A DNA stretch of 64,000 nucleotides from a virus (IMGVR_UViG_3300026116_000040:1149-65148); one strand, 5' to 3'. Shown: positions 39,710 through 47,547, counted from the stretch's first letter. Translations and numbers: made by a program. Notes: generated by a model from the sequence alone, not told the origin.

Positions 39710-40599
39710 AAATAGCATTATTAATGACCGGCCAGTGCCGACAGTTATGGCTAACAGCACCGAGCTTATACAAAAACGTAATAGAGCCTAATTCCGCGGA
39801 CGTGTTTCTATATCTGAACAAAAACTCTATGGAGCCGGATTGCGGAAATGAAACTGAAGAAATTGTCAATGCTGCATTCCCTAAAAACGTGAAGAGCCTT
39901 ATATTTACGGATGACAACTACAATAAGGAGGTTGAGGAACTTTATAAAAGCAATTACGATAAAATTGATGGTCAGTACAAGAAGTTAGGCAGGGATAAGT
40001 GGGACAAAAATCTCAACTTACACAATAGCGACCAATATTTTAAGCTAAAAAAATGCGCCGAAGCAGCTGTAGAGTACGCGAATAAAAATAATTTTACGTA
40101 CGATATTATGCTGAGGTGCCGTCCCGACATCGGATGGTTGAACGTTTGTGATTTGCAGCGGCCCGCTTCGCCTAACACCCTTTACGTAAACCATTCCAAA
40201 CATATTATAACAGGGGAAGTTTTCGACTGGGTGGAAGACACGTGCTTTTTCGGCGATCAGGATTCGATGTTAAAATTCTGTTCGGACTTCTCCGATAGTA
40301 TGGTGGACCAACTGGATATATGCGACGAAAGCTATGATTTAACCTGCGCAACGGAAAAGCTGTTGGCTAAAGTTTTAATAAATACAGGCATCCCCTATAC
40401 AGGAATAAATGATTACTTCGGATATACCGGTGAAGGGTGGGTCAGAAAAAAACTGGACAAATATTTCACCGATTGGCCGGCATCAAAAAACTACCATTTA
40501 ATCGAAAAACATGCTAAAGGTGCTACAGGAGGATTGGCCGTGTATTTTGATCGCATCGGAGATGAAAATTTAGTTTATGATCCAGCAATAATACTTTAA
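39706..40599 (+). CDS. Putative glycosyltransferase
   Basis: MKIALLMTGQCR...DVFLY...YDIMLRCRPD pattern. Confidence 0.65.
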   Translation: MKIALLMTGQCRQLWLTAPSLYKNVIEPNSADVFLYLNKNSMEPDCGNETEEIVNAAFPKNVKSLIFTDDNYNKEVEELYKSNYDKIDGQYKKLGRDKWDKNLNLHNSDQYFKLKKCAEAAVEYANKNNFTYDIMLRCRPDIGWLNVCDLQRPASPNTLYVNHSKHIITGEVFDWVEDTCFFGDQDSMLKFCSDFSDSMVDQLDICDESYDLTCATEKLLAKVLINTGIPYTGINDYFGYTGEGWVRKKLDKYFTDWPASKNYHLIEKHAKGATGGLAVYFDRIGDENLVYDPAIIL

Positions 40600-40602
40600 A
40601 AA

Positions 40603-41163
40603 ATGGAATGGTCAGAAGAATTAAGATACGATTACCTCTTAACTAAGGACTCTGTTGTTTTTGATGTAGGGGGTTTTGATGGCACATGGGCGTATAATAT
40701 ACATTCAAAATATGGCTGTAAAATATATGTATTTGAACCGGTAAAAGAATTTTACGATAACATAAAAGATAAATTTAATGACCAAAGCAATGTATCTGTA
40801 TTCAATTTCGGACTCGGTACAGAAAATAAAACATTGAGCATAGGTGTGATAGGAATGTCCACTTCTGTTTTAAATAAAGGAGAGAATAAGGTTGTAATAA
40901 TAGACACATTAGATGTGATCGCTGAATTTAAAAAGATAAACCTTTTAAAAATGAATATAGAAGGTGCCGAATATGATTTACTGGATTACATTATAGAACA
41001 TGGGTTGCAAACCAAATTGGAAAATATTCAAATACAATTCCACTCTAACGTTGAAGATTATGAAAACAGGCGAAATAAAATAAGAGAAGAATTATCTAAA
41101 ACTCATCACCTGACTTACGATTTCCCAGTTGGGCTACATGAAAATTGGGAGATAAATAAATAA
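40603..41163 (+). CDS. FkbM-family methyltransferase
   Basis: VFDVGGFDG, YVFEPV, LLKMNIEGAEY, QIQFH. Confidence 0.88.
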   Translation: MEWSEELRYDYLLTKDSVVFDVGGFDGTWAYNIHSKYGCKIYVFEPVKEFYDNIKDKFNDQSNVSVFNFGLGTENKTLSIGVIGMSTSVLNKGENKVVIIDTLDVIAEFKKINLLKMNIEGAEYDLLDYIIEHGLQTKLENIQIQFHSNVEDYENRRNKIREELSKTHHLTYDFPVGLHENWEINK

Positions 41164-41169
41164 AACAAA

Positions 41170-41910
41170 ATGGTAACAGCAGACTTTATAGGCCGCCTCG
41201 GCAATAATTTATTCCAGTTAGCTACTTCCGTTGGGTACTCAGCAAAATATAACGTGGATTACGAAATACCGTCATGGGAATATTCTGGTTGTTTTAATAT
41301 TAAGGAGAAACCGTGTGTTGGAGACGTTAAAGTAAACTATGGTGAAAAAGGGTGGCACTACGAAGAATTGCCCTTCATCGAAGACGTTAAGCTGTTCGGC
41401 TTTTTTCAGTCATATAAATATTTTGAACACTGTGAGGGGAAGATAAGAGACTTGTTTCAGTTTAGTGATGAGATAAAAAACAGGATAAACGAAAGATACA
41501 AATTGCCGGAAAACAGCTGTTCTGTACATGTTAGGAGAGGGGATTATATCGGGAACCATTTTCATGAAGTTTGTCATTTAGAATATTACAATGATGCGAT
41601 TGAGGAAATGAAAAGAAGGACGACAATTGATAAGATTGTTGTGTTTTCGGATGATATTGAGTGGTGCCGCGATAATTTAAAGGGGGAGCATTTTTTATTT
41701 ATAGAGGGCAACTCGAATATTGAAGATTTGTTTTTGATGACGCAGTGCACGCACAATATAATAGCAAATTCGAGCTTCTCGTGGTGGGGGGCGTGGTTAA
41801 ATGCTAATACTGATAAGATCGTCGTTGCACCTGGGACATGGTTTGGGGATGCCAGCAAAACCACAAGAGATTTATTACCCGAGGAATGGATACAAATAAA
41901 AATTAAATAA
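41170..41910 (+). CDS. GT11 alpha-1,2-fucosyltransferase (second copy)
   Basis: GRLGNNLFQ, GFFQS, HVRRGDY, FSDDIEWC, IIANSSFSWWGAWL. Confidence 0.92.
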   Translation: MVTADFIGRLGNNLFQLATSVGYSAKYNVDYEIPSWEYSGCFNIKEKPCVGDVKVNYGEKGWHYEELPFIEDVKLFGFFQSYKYFEHCEGKIRDLFQFSDEIKNRINERYKLPENSCSVHVRRGDYIGNHFHEVCHLEYYNDAIEEMKRRTTIDKIVVFSDDIEWCRDNLKGEHFLFIEGNSNIEDLFLMTQCTHNIIANSSFSWWGAWLNANTDKIVVAPGTWFGDASKTTRDLLPEEWIQIKIK

Positions 41911-41938
41911 GTATATTTGTAGCGCTTTAACTTTACTC

Positions 41939-43300
41939 ATGAAAATATTAAATAACACTGCCACTGAAAACAATGATATTCTCTCCTATGGAGTAGGGTT
42001 AAAGCACGTTGTCGTAGGTGGCGACTTATTTAATATCAGGAAAAAAACAAAAATCTGTGGCATCTACAAAATAACGTCTCCGACTGGTAAAATTTATATA
42101 GGACAATCTAGAGATTTCAGAGTTAGAAAGATGTACTATGAAAGACTTGCTTGTGAAGGGCAAACCAAGTTATATCACTCTTTGAAAAAACACGGGGTCG
42201 ATAAACATAAAATTGAAATCATTCATATTTGCAACCCTGAAGAGTTAGATAAACTTGAAATTGATTACATAAACACTTTTCAAACATTTAATTCTAAAAA
42301 TGGCTTAAATTTACGTGGCGGAGGTTCTAACGGAATAGCTTCGGAAGAAACTCGAAAAAAAATAAGTAATGCAAAAAAGAATCAATCTGAAGAAACGCGT
42401 AAAAAAATTAGTGAATCAAAGAAAGGAACAAAAAATTACTGGCATCGTGATAATAACAGATTTTCTGAGAGCCACTTAAAAAAAATGAGTGAGGCTCAGA
42501 AAGGTCGAATATTTTCAGAAGAAAGCAAAAAGAAAATGTCTGAAAGTAGAAAAGGGATTGTTTTTTCAGAACAACACAAAGAAAATTTAAGGCTATCTCA
42601 TTTGGGGCATAAGCCAACTGAAGAAACAAGAAAAAAACTATCGGAGACGCACAAAGGAGAAAAAAACCATTGGTTTGGGAAAGGCCTTCCGGAAGAAGCA
42701 TTAAAAAAATTGCGTGGAAGAAAACGCAGTGAAGAACAAAGAAAAAAAATGTCGGAAGCGCAAAAAAGTAGACCAATCATAACAGAAGAAACGAGGCGAA
42801 AAATTTCGGAATCTCAAAAGGGAAGAATATTTTCTGAAGAACATAAGAAGCATTTGTCAGAATCGCTAAAAGGGGATAAAAGTCCAAATTTTGGAAAAAA
42901 ACTTCCAGAGGAGACAAGAAGAAAAATGTCCGAATATAGAAAGTTAAATCCTGCATGGAATAAAGGAAAAGTCCTTTCAGAAGAACATAAAAGAAAGTTG
43001 TCTGAAGCGCATAAAGGAGAAAAGAATCATAATTTTAGGAAAAAACAATCTAATGAAACAATCGCAAAAAGAGTAGCAACTAGAGCCGCGACAGAATTAC
43101 GTAGAAACATCACCCCAAAAAAGTCCAAGCCGCCTAGGAAAAAGACTATAGTGCAAAAAGATAAAAATGGGGTTGTAGTAAATATATTTAAAAGCGTTTC
43201 GGAAGCCTCCATGCAAACGGGTATAATACGTACGGGAATTTCTATGGCGCTACTTAAATGCAATAAAACATCAGGCGGATATATATGGGATTATCTTTAA
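41939..43300 (+). CDS. GIY-YIG homing endonuclease with expanded NUMOD3 repeats
   Basis: [18 protein letters not shown]; many SEE(T/H)xxKxSE repeats; NUMOD1-like end. Confidence 0.9.
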   Translation: MKILNNTATENNDILSYGVGLKHVVVGGDLFNIRKKTKICGIYKITSPTGKIYIGQSRDFRVRKMYYERLACEGQTKLYHSLKKHGVDKHKIEIIHICNPEELDKLEIDYINTFQTFNSKNGLNLRGGGSNGIASEETRKKISNAKKNQSEETRKKISESKKGTKNYWHRDNNRFSESHLKKMSEAQKGRIFSEESKKKMSESRKGIVFSEQHKENLRLSHLGHKPTEETRKKLSETHKGEKNHWFGKGLPEEALKKLRGRKRSEEQRKKMSEAQKSRPIITEETRRKISESQKGRIFSEEHKKHLSESLKGDKSPNFGKKLPEETRRKMSEYRKLNPAWNKGKVLSEEHKRKLSEAHKGEKNHNFRKKQSNETIAKRVATRAATELRRNITPKKSKPPRKKTIVQKDKNGVVVNIFKSVSEASMQTGIIRTGISMALLKCNKTSGGYIWDYL

Positions 43301-43316
43301 ATTTAAAATAAAAAAC

Positions 43317-43835
43317 ATGGACATTAAAGAATTATTTTTGAGCAAGGGGTACTCGTATTATCCTACGGACAAGCAAACGCACCACAATTTTTTGCAAACT
43401 TATAGCGAAATGTTTTCTAAATGGAAAAACGAACCAATATCTGTGCTCGAAGTGGGCTGCTACAAGAACGGTTCCCTAAAATTATTTGAGGAATATTTTG
43501 TGAATGCAAACATCGTAGGCTACGACGTACAAACCTACGAAGGCGCGGTAGAATTAAATCGTGCCAAAGTAATTATATCTGATTTTTATACAGGCCCCGT
43601 TGATCTTCCTCAATTACATATCGCCATCGACGATGGACCGCATGATGTAAATTCTCAACTCGAATTTGTACGCAGAGTTTGGCCTTATATGGTGCCTGGA
43701 GGAATATTAGTAGTAGAAGACATTATGCCAGGGTTTAAGCCGCATTTCGACTCGTTAGGCATTCCATATACTGCAATAGCGTTTTACCCGCCCACCGATC
43801 AGGAGGATGACCGGATTCTGGTTTTTAGGAAGTAA
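43317..43835 (+). CDS. Class I SAM-dependent (sugar O-)methyltransferase
   Basis: TDK...H, VLEVG...GSL, IDDGPH, PGGILVVED. Confidence 0.85.
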   Translation: MDIKELFLSKGYSYYPTDKQTHHNFLQTYSEMFSKWKNEPISVLEVGCYKNGSLKLFEEYFVNANIVGYDVQTYEGAVELNRAKVIISDFYTGPVDLPQLHIAIDDGPHDVNSQLEFVRRVWPYMVPGGILVVEDIMPGFKPHFDSLGIPYTAIAFYPPTDQEDDRILVFRK

Positions 43836-43855
43836 GGCTGCACCCATTGCAATGA

Positions 43856-44086
43856 CTACTTATCGCCGGTTGTTGATTGGGGATGGCTTGAATAAATTAG
43901 CGTAAAAGTTATTGTCTGTTTCCCATTCACAATAGGCTGTTCTCTATATGATTTAGCCACTTTGCTTAATATTATCCTATTTAAATCGTGCGGCTTTCTG
44001 TCGCTTTTCTCGGCCATCTCTTCATTTGTCTTCTTTGTTTCCTCATCAACCCTGAATTGAGATATAACGTGTGTTAATTTCTGCAT
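43856..44086 (-). CDS. Ribbon-helix-helix-like regulator
   Basis: ISQFRVDEETKK..EEMAEKSDRK...LNRIIL; divergent from 44282. Confidence 0.55.
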   Translation of the reverse strand: MQKLTHVISQFRVDEETKKTNEEMAEKSDRKPHDLNRIILSKVAKSYREQPIVNGKQTITFTLIYSSHPQSTTGDK

Positions 44087-44281
44087 CTATCTATTTAATA
44101 GGTGATTGTAGAACAAAATTAGAAAATAAAAATTGATTTGCGCTGCAAATACAAAAATTACAAGAAATACGATACATTACTATAGTTACATCCAATGACG
44201 ATAGTTATATTATATACCTAGTTTTGTAATTACCTCCATTTTACATTTGTTCCATATTAACCAATAAAAACATAAAAAAAT

Positions 44282-44983
44282 ATGGAAACAGTAAATTCAT
44301 CAACAGGTTACGTTGGGGCCTATTCCTCAAGTAATGATGCCTTAACAGGCGTAGCAGCGTATGGTATTTGTGATCTTCGCAGAGATATTGCTAAAGCAGA
44401 ATCTGATCTTAGAGAAACAATACACAACCAAAGTCTTGTGCAAGGCACAGAATTTTGTGCAGTAAACAAAAGCATCCACGAAGCGGAATGTAATGTTATT
44501 AAAAATGATAATGACATTGCTCACCGAAACACTATTCACCTAAATTCTGTGGAGCGTGACTTGCAAAATCGCATTCTTGAAAATCGTCAAGTGTTAACAT
44601 CTATCATCGGAGACAAAACTGACAGAGTTCTTGACCGTATTGATCGTGAAGCTATTGACCTAAAAAATCAGTTGCGTGCGTTTGAAATGTCTAATGCAGA
44701 AAAATTCTGTGAACTTAAAACTGAAGGATTTAAAAACACTCAAAAGATCCTTGATGAATTAGCTAAAAATAAATATGATGCTATTAAAGATGAGTTGGAT
44801 GAAACTCGTTTATCTAAGTATCATGATAAAAGCGGCTATCAATTTGCTTTGCAAAACCAAGAGATTGCTTCCTTGAAACAAATGATCAACTCAGTAGAGC
44901 AAAATCAAAAATTCAGCTCAAAGACTGTACAATTTGGAACCGGAAATTTAGCCGGTACAGCACAAACTGCTAATCAAGGTTAA
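44282..44983 (+). CDS. Coiled-coil protein
   Basis: Long heptad-like helix; TACATTTG promoter upstream and A-rich translation start. Confidence 0.75.
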   Translation: METVNSSTGYVGAYSSSNDALTGVAAYGICDLRRDIAKAESDLRETIHNQSLVQGTEFCAVNKSIHEAECNVIKNDNDIAHRNTIHLNSVERDLQNRILENRQVLTSIIGDKTDRVLDRIDREAIDLKNQLRAFEMSNAEKFCELKTEGFKNTQKILDELAKNKYDAIKDELDETRLSKYHDKSGYQFALQNQEIASLKQMINSVEQNQKFSSKTVQFGTGNLAGTAQTANQG

Positions 44984-44993
44984 CTAACTAGCA

Positions 44994-45161
44994 ATGGCAA
45001 AAAGACCTGTTAAACAAGAAATTTACAATGAATACAGAAAAGAAACTTGTGACGAAAAAGGATTTCATAAGCCTAATCATTGTAATGCCGCGATCCTTTC
45101 CAAGTTAGACGAGATACTTGAAAAGTTGGAAAAATGGGAATCGCAAAACAAAAAGAAATAA
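44994..45161 (+). CDS. Small protein (55 aa, not in ORF track)
   Basis: MAKRPVKQEIY...ILSKLDEILEKLEKW. Confidence 0.55.
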   Translation: MAKRPVKQEIYNEYRKETCDEKGFHKPNHCNAAILSKLDEILEKLEKWESQNKKK

Positions 45162-45211
45162 TATTTACATATCGTTCGGTTCCGACATGTGCAGTGATAC
45201 GTAAGTATTTT

Positions 45212-45246
45212 AAACCCTGGAGAGCAATCTTCGGGGTTTTTTATTT
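45212..45246 (+). terminator. Intrinsic terminator insulating the tRNA array
   Basis: AAACCCTGGAGA-GCAA-TCTTCGGGGTTTTTT. Confidence 0.85.
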
Positions 45247-45283
45247 TATAAAAAAATAAATTTGTAATTAATAAAATTAGGTG

Positions 45284-45291
45284 TATATTTG
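45284..45291 (+). promoter_or_regulatory. Bacteroidota -7 promoter element, tRNA operon 1
   Basis: TATATTTG 4 nt before the leader ATG. Confidence 0.8.
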
Positions 45292-45295
45292 CATC

Positions 45296-45370
45296 ATGAA
45301 AACAATAACTCTACATCAACAACCGCAGCAACGTCGCCCGAAAAGCGATAAATGGGGTTATTGTGTTTAG
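45296..45370 (+). CDS. Attenuator leader peptide 1 (His/Gln/Pro/Arg)
   Basis: MKTITLHQQPQQRRPKSDKWGYCV, upstream of tRNA-Pro, Gln, His and Arg(ACG). Confidence 0.85.
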   Translation: MKTITLHQQPQQRRPKSDKWGYCV

Positions 45371-45393
45371 GGTATTTAAACATATAAGTAAGG

Positions 45394-45435
45394 AAACTAA
45401 CCCCGACATTGATTTGTTCGGGGTTTTTAGTTTTT
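45394..45435 (+). terminator. Attenuator terminator 1
   Basis: AACCCCGA...TCGGGGTT plus T-tract; GGGGTTA at 45354-45360 is an alternative partner of TAACCCC. Confidence 0.85.
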
Positions 45436-45439
45436 ATAT

Positions 45440-45515
45440 CTTGCGGTATAGGAGTCTGGTTTATCTAACCTCACTTGGAATGAGGAGTACGTGGGTTCAA
45501 ATCCCACTCGCAAGA
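45440..45515 (+). tRNA. trnP: tRNA-Pro(TGG)
   Basis: CCTCA-CTTGGAA-TGAGG anticodon arm, GGTTCAAATCC. Confidence 0.88.
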
Positions 45516-45596
45516 CGAGAGAGGAGACATTGGTTCGAGTCCAATCTGCGGGGCCAAGCCCTGCGGTAGTAACATATAGGAAATACGCCTCTCGTG
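45516..45596 (+). ncRNA. Circularly permuted tRNA-like RNA (YrlA/Y RNA-like architecture)
   Basis: Order: GAGAGG, T-arm ATTGG-TTCGAGT-CCAAT, CTGCGGG-G-CCA, linker, CCTGCGG, D-arm, CCTCTC. Confidence 0.65.
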
Positions 45597-45602
45597 TTTT
45601 AC

Positions 45603-45675
45603 TTTCGGGTCGTCTAGCGGCAGGATTTTGTGCTTTGAACACAAAGACGGTTTGGTTCGAATCCACCCCCGAAAA
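45603..45675 (+). tRNA. trnQ: tRNA-Gln(TTG)
   Basis: TTGTG-CTTTGAA-CACAA; acceptor TTTCGGG/CCCGAAA. Confidence 0.85.
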
Positions 45676-45677
45676 CT

Positions 45678-45747
45678 GTGTTATTAGCATATTGGTAATG
45701 TATTCGCCTGTGAAGCGAGTGAACAGGGTTCGATTCCCGATAACGTG
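45678..45747 (+). tRNA. trnH: tRNA-His(GTG), 3' acceptor strand interrupted by an insertion
   Basis: TTCGC-CTGTGAA-GCGAG; the perfect 3' strand ATAAC|ACC is split, with the remainder at 46219-46221. Confidence 0.75.
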
Positions 45748-46218
45748 GTGCAGCTACCAGAAGGGCGGGATTTTAATCACATAATAAACTTAGAAAGATG
45801 AATAACCAATTAACGCTACAACTGTCAGAAGAGGTACAAAGCCCCGCCTTTTTGGTAGGTGCTGTTACCACCAGTGCTTCTGTCTATGATGAATTCGAGT
45901 GGATAAACAATAATAACTTTGCAAAGGATGCACACAAGCATACTTCATGTGATTGGCAATTATCAAAGAATGAAATTTGGCTTGGCAATACGAGCGGAAA
46001 CAAGCCCTGGGAAAAGGGAGTAGATATTCCAAAAGACTATGATCATTTTAAGACTATTCGATTGGGCCATCAGGCATATTGCATTAAAGGTAAGCCGTTG
46101 AGTAGAGATTACTGTCTGCCTTTGATAATTGACAAATCAGAAGAGCAAGAGTATGATAGAATTTATATGAAGAAAATGTCCGCCTATGCAAGGTAGCGTC
46201 CTTAGCATTGGTGGTAAC
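45745..46218 (-). mobile_element. attC-like gene cassette inserted in tRNA-His
   Basis: GTTACCACCAGTGCT (45864-45878) is inversely repeated at 46204-46218 (14/15); long imperfect palindrome 45741-45866; TAAC at both junctions. Confidence 0.65.
45798..46196 (+). CDS. Cassette-borne hypothetical protein
   Basis: 132-aa ORF starting inside the palindrome loop. Confidence 0.6.
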   Translation: MNNQLTLQLSEEVQSPAFLVGAVTTSASVYDEFEWINNNNFAKDAHKHTSCDWQLSKNEIWLGNTSGNKPWEKGVDIPKDYDHFKTIRLGHQAYCIKGKPLSRDYCLPLIIDKSEEQEYDRIYMKKMSAYAR

Positions 46219-46226
46219 ACCCTTAT

Positions 46227-46298
46227 GTTTCATTAGGCTAAGGGACAAACCATTTGGCTACGAACCAAATATTACACGTTCGAATCGTGTATGAAACA
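46227..46298 (+). tRNA. trnR: tRNA-Arg(ACG)
   Basis: TTTGG-CTACGAA-CCAAA; acceptor GTTTCAT/ATGAAAC. Confidence 0.88.
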
Positions 46299-46309
46299 CT
46301 TAATATTTG

Positions 46310-46382
46310 TGCGAAAGAGTGGTACCGAGCCACTATCTTCGGATTTTCAGTCCGCTGCATAGACCATCTTTGCTACTTCCGC
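46310..46382 (-). tRNA. trnF: tRNA-Phe(GAA)
   Basis: CGGA-CTGAAAA-TCCG; atypical T-loop CTCGGTA. Confidence 0.8.
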
Positions 46383-46387
46383 TTTTG

Positions 46388-46458
46388 CGTTCTCGAATGG
46401 AATCGAACCATTATTAGCTGATTAACAGTCAGTCGTACTACCGTTGTACTACAAGAAC
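46388..46458 (-). tRNA. trnN: tRNA-Asn(GTT)
   Basis: CTGA-CTGTTAA-TCAG; GGTTCGATTCC. Confidence 0.88.
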
Positions 46459-46907
46459 TTTTTTATATACTCTTTATAGTACCCTAATTGGATAACAGTT
46501 TTAATTGCATGGCAATTAGCGCATAAAATTTCACATTTTCTTATTTCTGTTTTTACTGATTCAATAGAATTTCTATCTGCAATTAATGCTGCTACACTTG
46601 ATATTTTACCACTATTATCCTTGTGGTCGAATTGTAAAACAAATGGATTTTTATTTCCGCACTCTTTACAGCCACATAGTCTTTTATATCTTAAAGAAAG
46701 TTCTATTAAATATAGTCTATGATTTTTATCACATTCCTTTTTCTTGTTAACCCTTTTAAATGCCCTAGCATTACTTTTATCTTTTTGTCCTGTCCCACAA
46801 TGAAAGGCTACAGTTCCTTTGGAACATTTTAATTTCCCCGAAATTTTGTTATAAGAAAGTCCCCCCTTTCTTAATTTCAATATTTTTGCTCCAAGTCCTT
46901 TATTCAT
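46449..46907 (-). CDS. HNH endonuclease with N-terminal HTH
   Basis: CKECG...LQFDH...KCEILCANCH; own TATATTTG promoter at 46912-46919. Confidence 0.85.
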   Translation of the reverse strand: MNKGLGAKILKLRKGGLSYNKISGKLKCSKGTVAFHCGTGQKDKSNARAFKRVNKKKECDKNHRLYLIELSLRYKRLCGCKECGNKNPFVLQFDHKDNSGKISSVAALIADRNSIESVKTEIRKCEILCANCHAIKTVIQLGYYKEYIKKFL

Positions 46908-46972
46908 ACTGCAAATATATAAATAAAGGTTCAAATAAAAAAATGTTTTTTAAATCAATTGAACTATATTTG

Positions 46973-47046
46973 CGGGGTTAACGGAAATCGAATCCGTAAT
47001 CTCTTCCGTGACAGGGAAGCGTCATGCGCCAATATGCTGTAACCCC
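46973..47046 (-). tRNA. trnD: tRNA-Asp(GTC)
   Basis: CTTCC-CTGTCAC-GGAAG; acceptor GGGGTTA/TAACCCC. Confidence 0.85.
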
Positions 47047-47048
47047 GT

Positions 47049-47086
47049 AAAACAAAAAACCCTCAAGCTTTTAGCTCAAGGGTTTT
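47049..47086 (-). terminator. Attenuator terminator 2
   Basis: Minus strand AAACCCTTGAGC-TAAAA-GCTTGAGGGTTTTTT; CAAGG/GCTCA just after the leader stop can pair with the 5' arm. Confidence 0.85.
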
Positions 47087-47110
47087 GACAATATCATTCC
47101 ATGAGCCTTG

Positions 47111-47155
47111 TTAGGTTCTATTATCAAAATCGAAATTAAAATTTATTGTTTTCAT
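47111..47155 (-). CDS. Attenuator leader peptide 2 (Asn/Phe/Asp)
   Basis: MKTINFNFDFDNRT; TATATTTG-CACC-ATG leaderless start; upstream of tRNA-Asp, Asn and Phe. Confidence 0.85.
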   Translation of the reverse strand: MKTINFNFDFDNRT

Positions 47156-47179
47156 GGTGCAAATATAACTATTTTTTTG

Positions 47180-47251
47180 TCTCTGTGAAAAGAATCGAAC
47201 TTTTATTTATTGTTTAGAAGACAACTGTACTATCCATTGTACGACACAGAG
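47180..47251 (-). tRNA. trnR: tRNA-Arg(TCT)
   Basis: GTTGT-CTTCTAA-ACAAT; acceptor CTCTGTG/CACAGAG. Confidence 0.85.
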
Positions 47252-47259
47252 TTTATTTG

Positions 47260-47330
47260 TGTCCCTGAACAGAATCGAACTGTTGTCTTCCGGTTAAAAG
47301 CCGGAAGCTCTACCATTGAGCTACAAGGAC
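47260..47330 (-). tRNA. trnK: tRNA-Lys(TTT)
   Basis: TCCGG-CTTTTAA-CCGGA. Confidence 0.9.
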
Positions 47331-47400
47331 AAAACTTTATCTTCTCTTTCTCTTATGAGAAAAAGCAGGTTTTCGTTTTATTTTCCTTGTAGCATTCATG

Positions 47401-47471
47401 TTTCGCAAGATGGAATCGAACCACCGTAAACTGGATGTAAACCAATCACTCTACCATTGAGATATTGCGAA
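47401..47471 (-). tRNA. trnV: tRNA-Val(TAC)
   Basis: ATTGG-TTTACAT-CCAGT. Confidence 0.85.
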
Positions 47472-47477
47472 ATAAAG

Positions 47478-47547
47478 TGGACAGCGTGGGAATCGAACCC
47501 ATACAATCTGATTGCAAATCAGTTGGACTGCCGTTGTCATCGCGCCC
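47478..47547 (-). tRNA. trnA: tRNA-Ala(TGC)
   Basis: CTGA-TTTGCAA-TCAG; G3:U70; irregular acceptor/D region. Confidence 0.75.

Noticed and set aside
36500-43300. Group I introns around the GIY-YIG genes
   Set aside because: Flanking genes look complete and abut the endonuclease ORFs, leaving no room for an intron core
45516-45596. Two-piece (permuted) tmRNA
   Set aside because: No G3:U70 alanine identity, no GGGGCTG-type 5' end and no tag reading frame; the next tRNA starts within 10 nt
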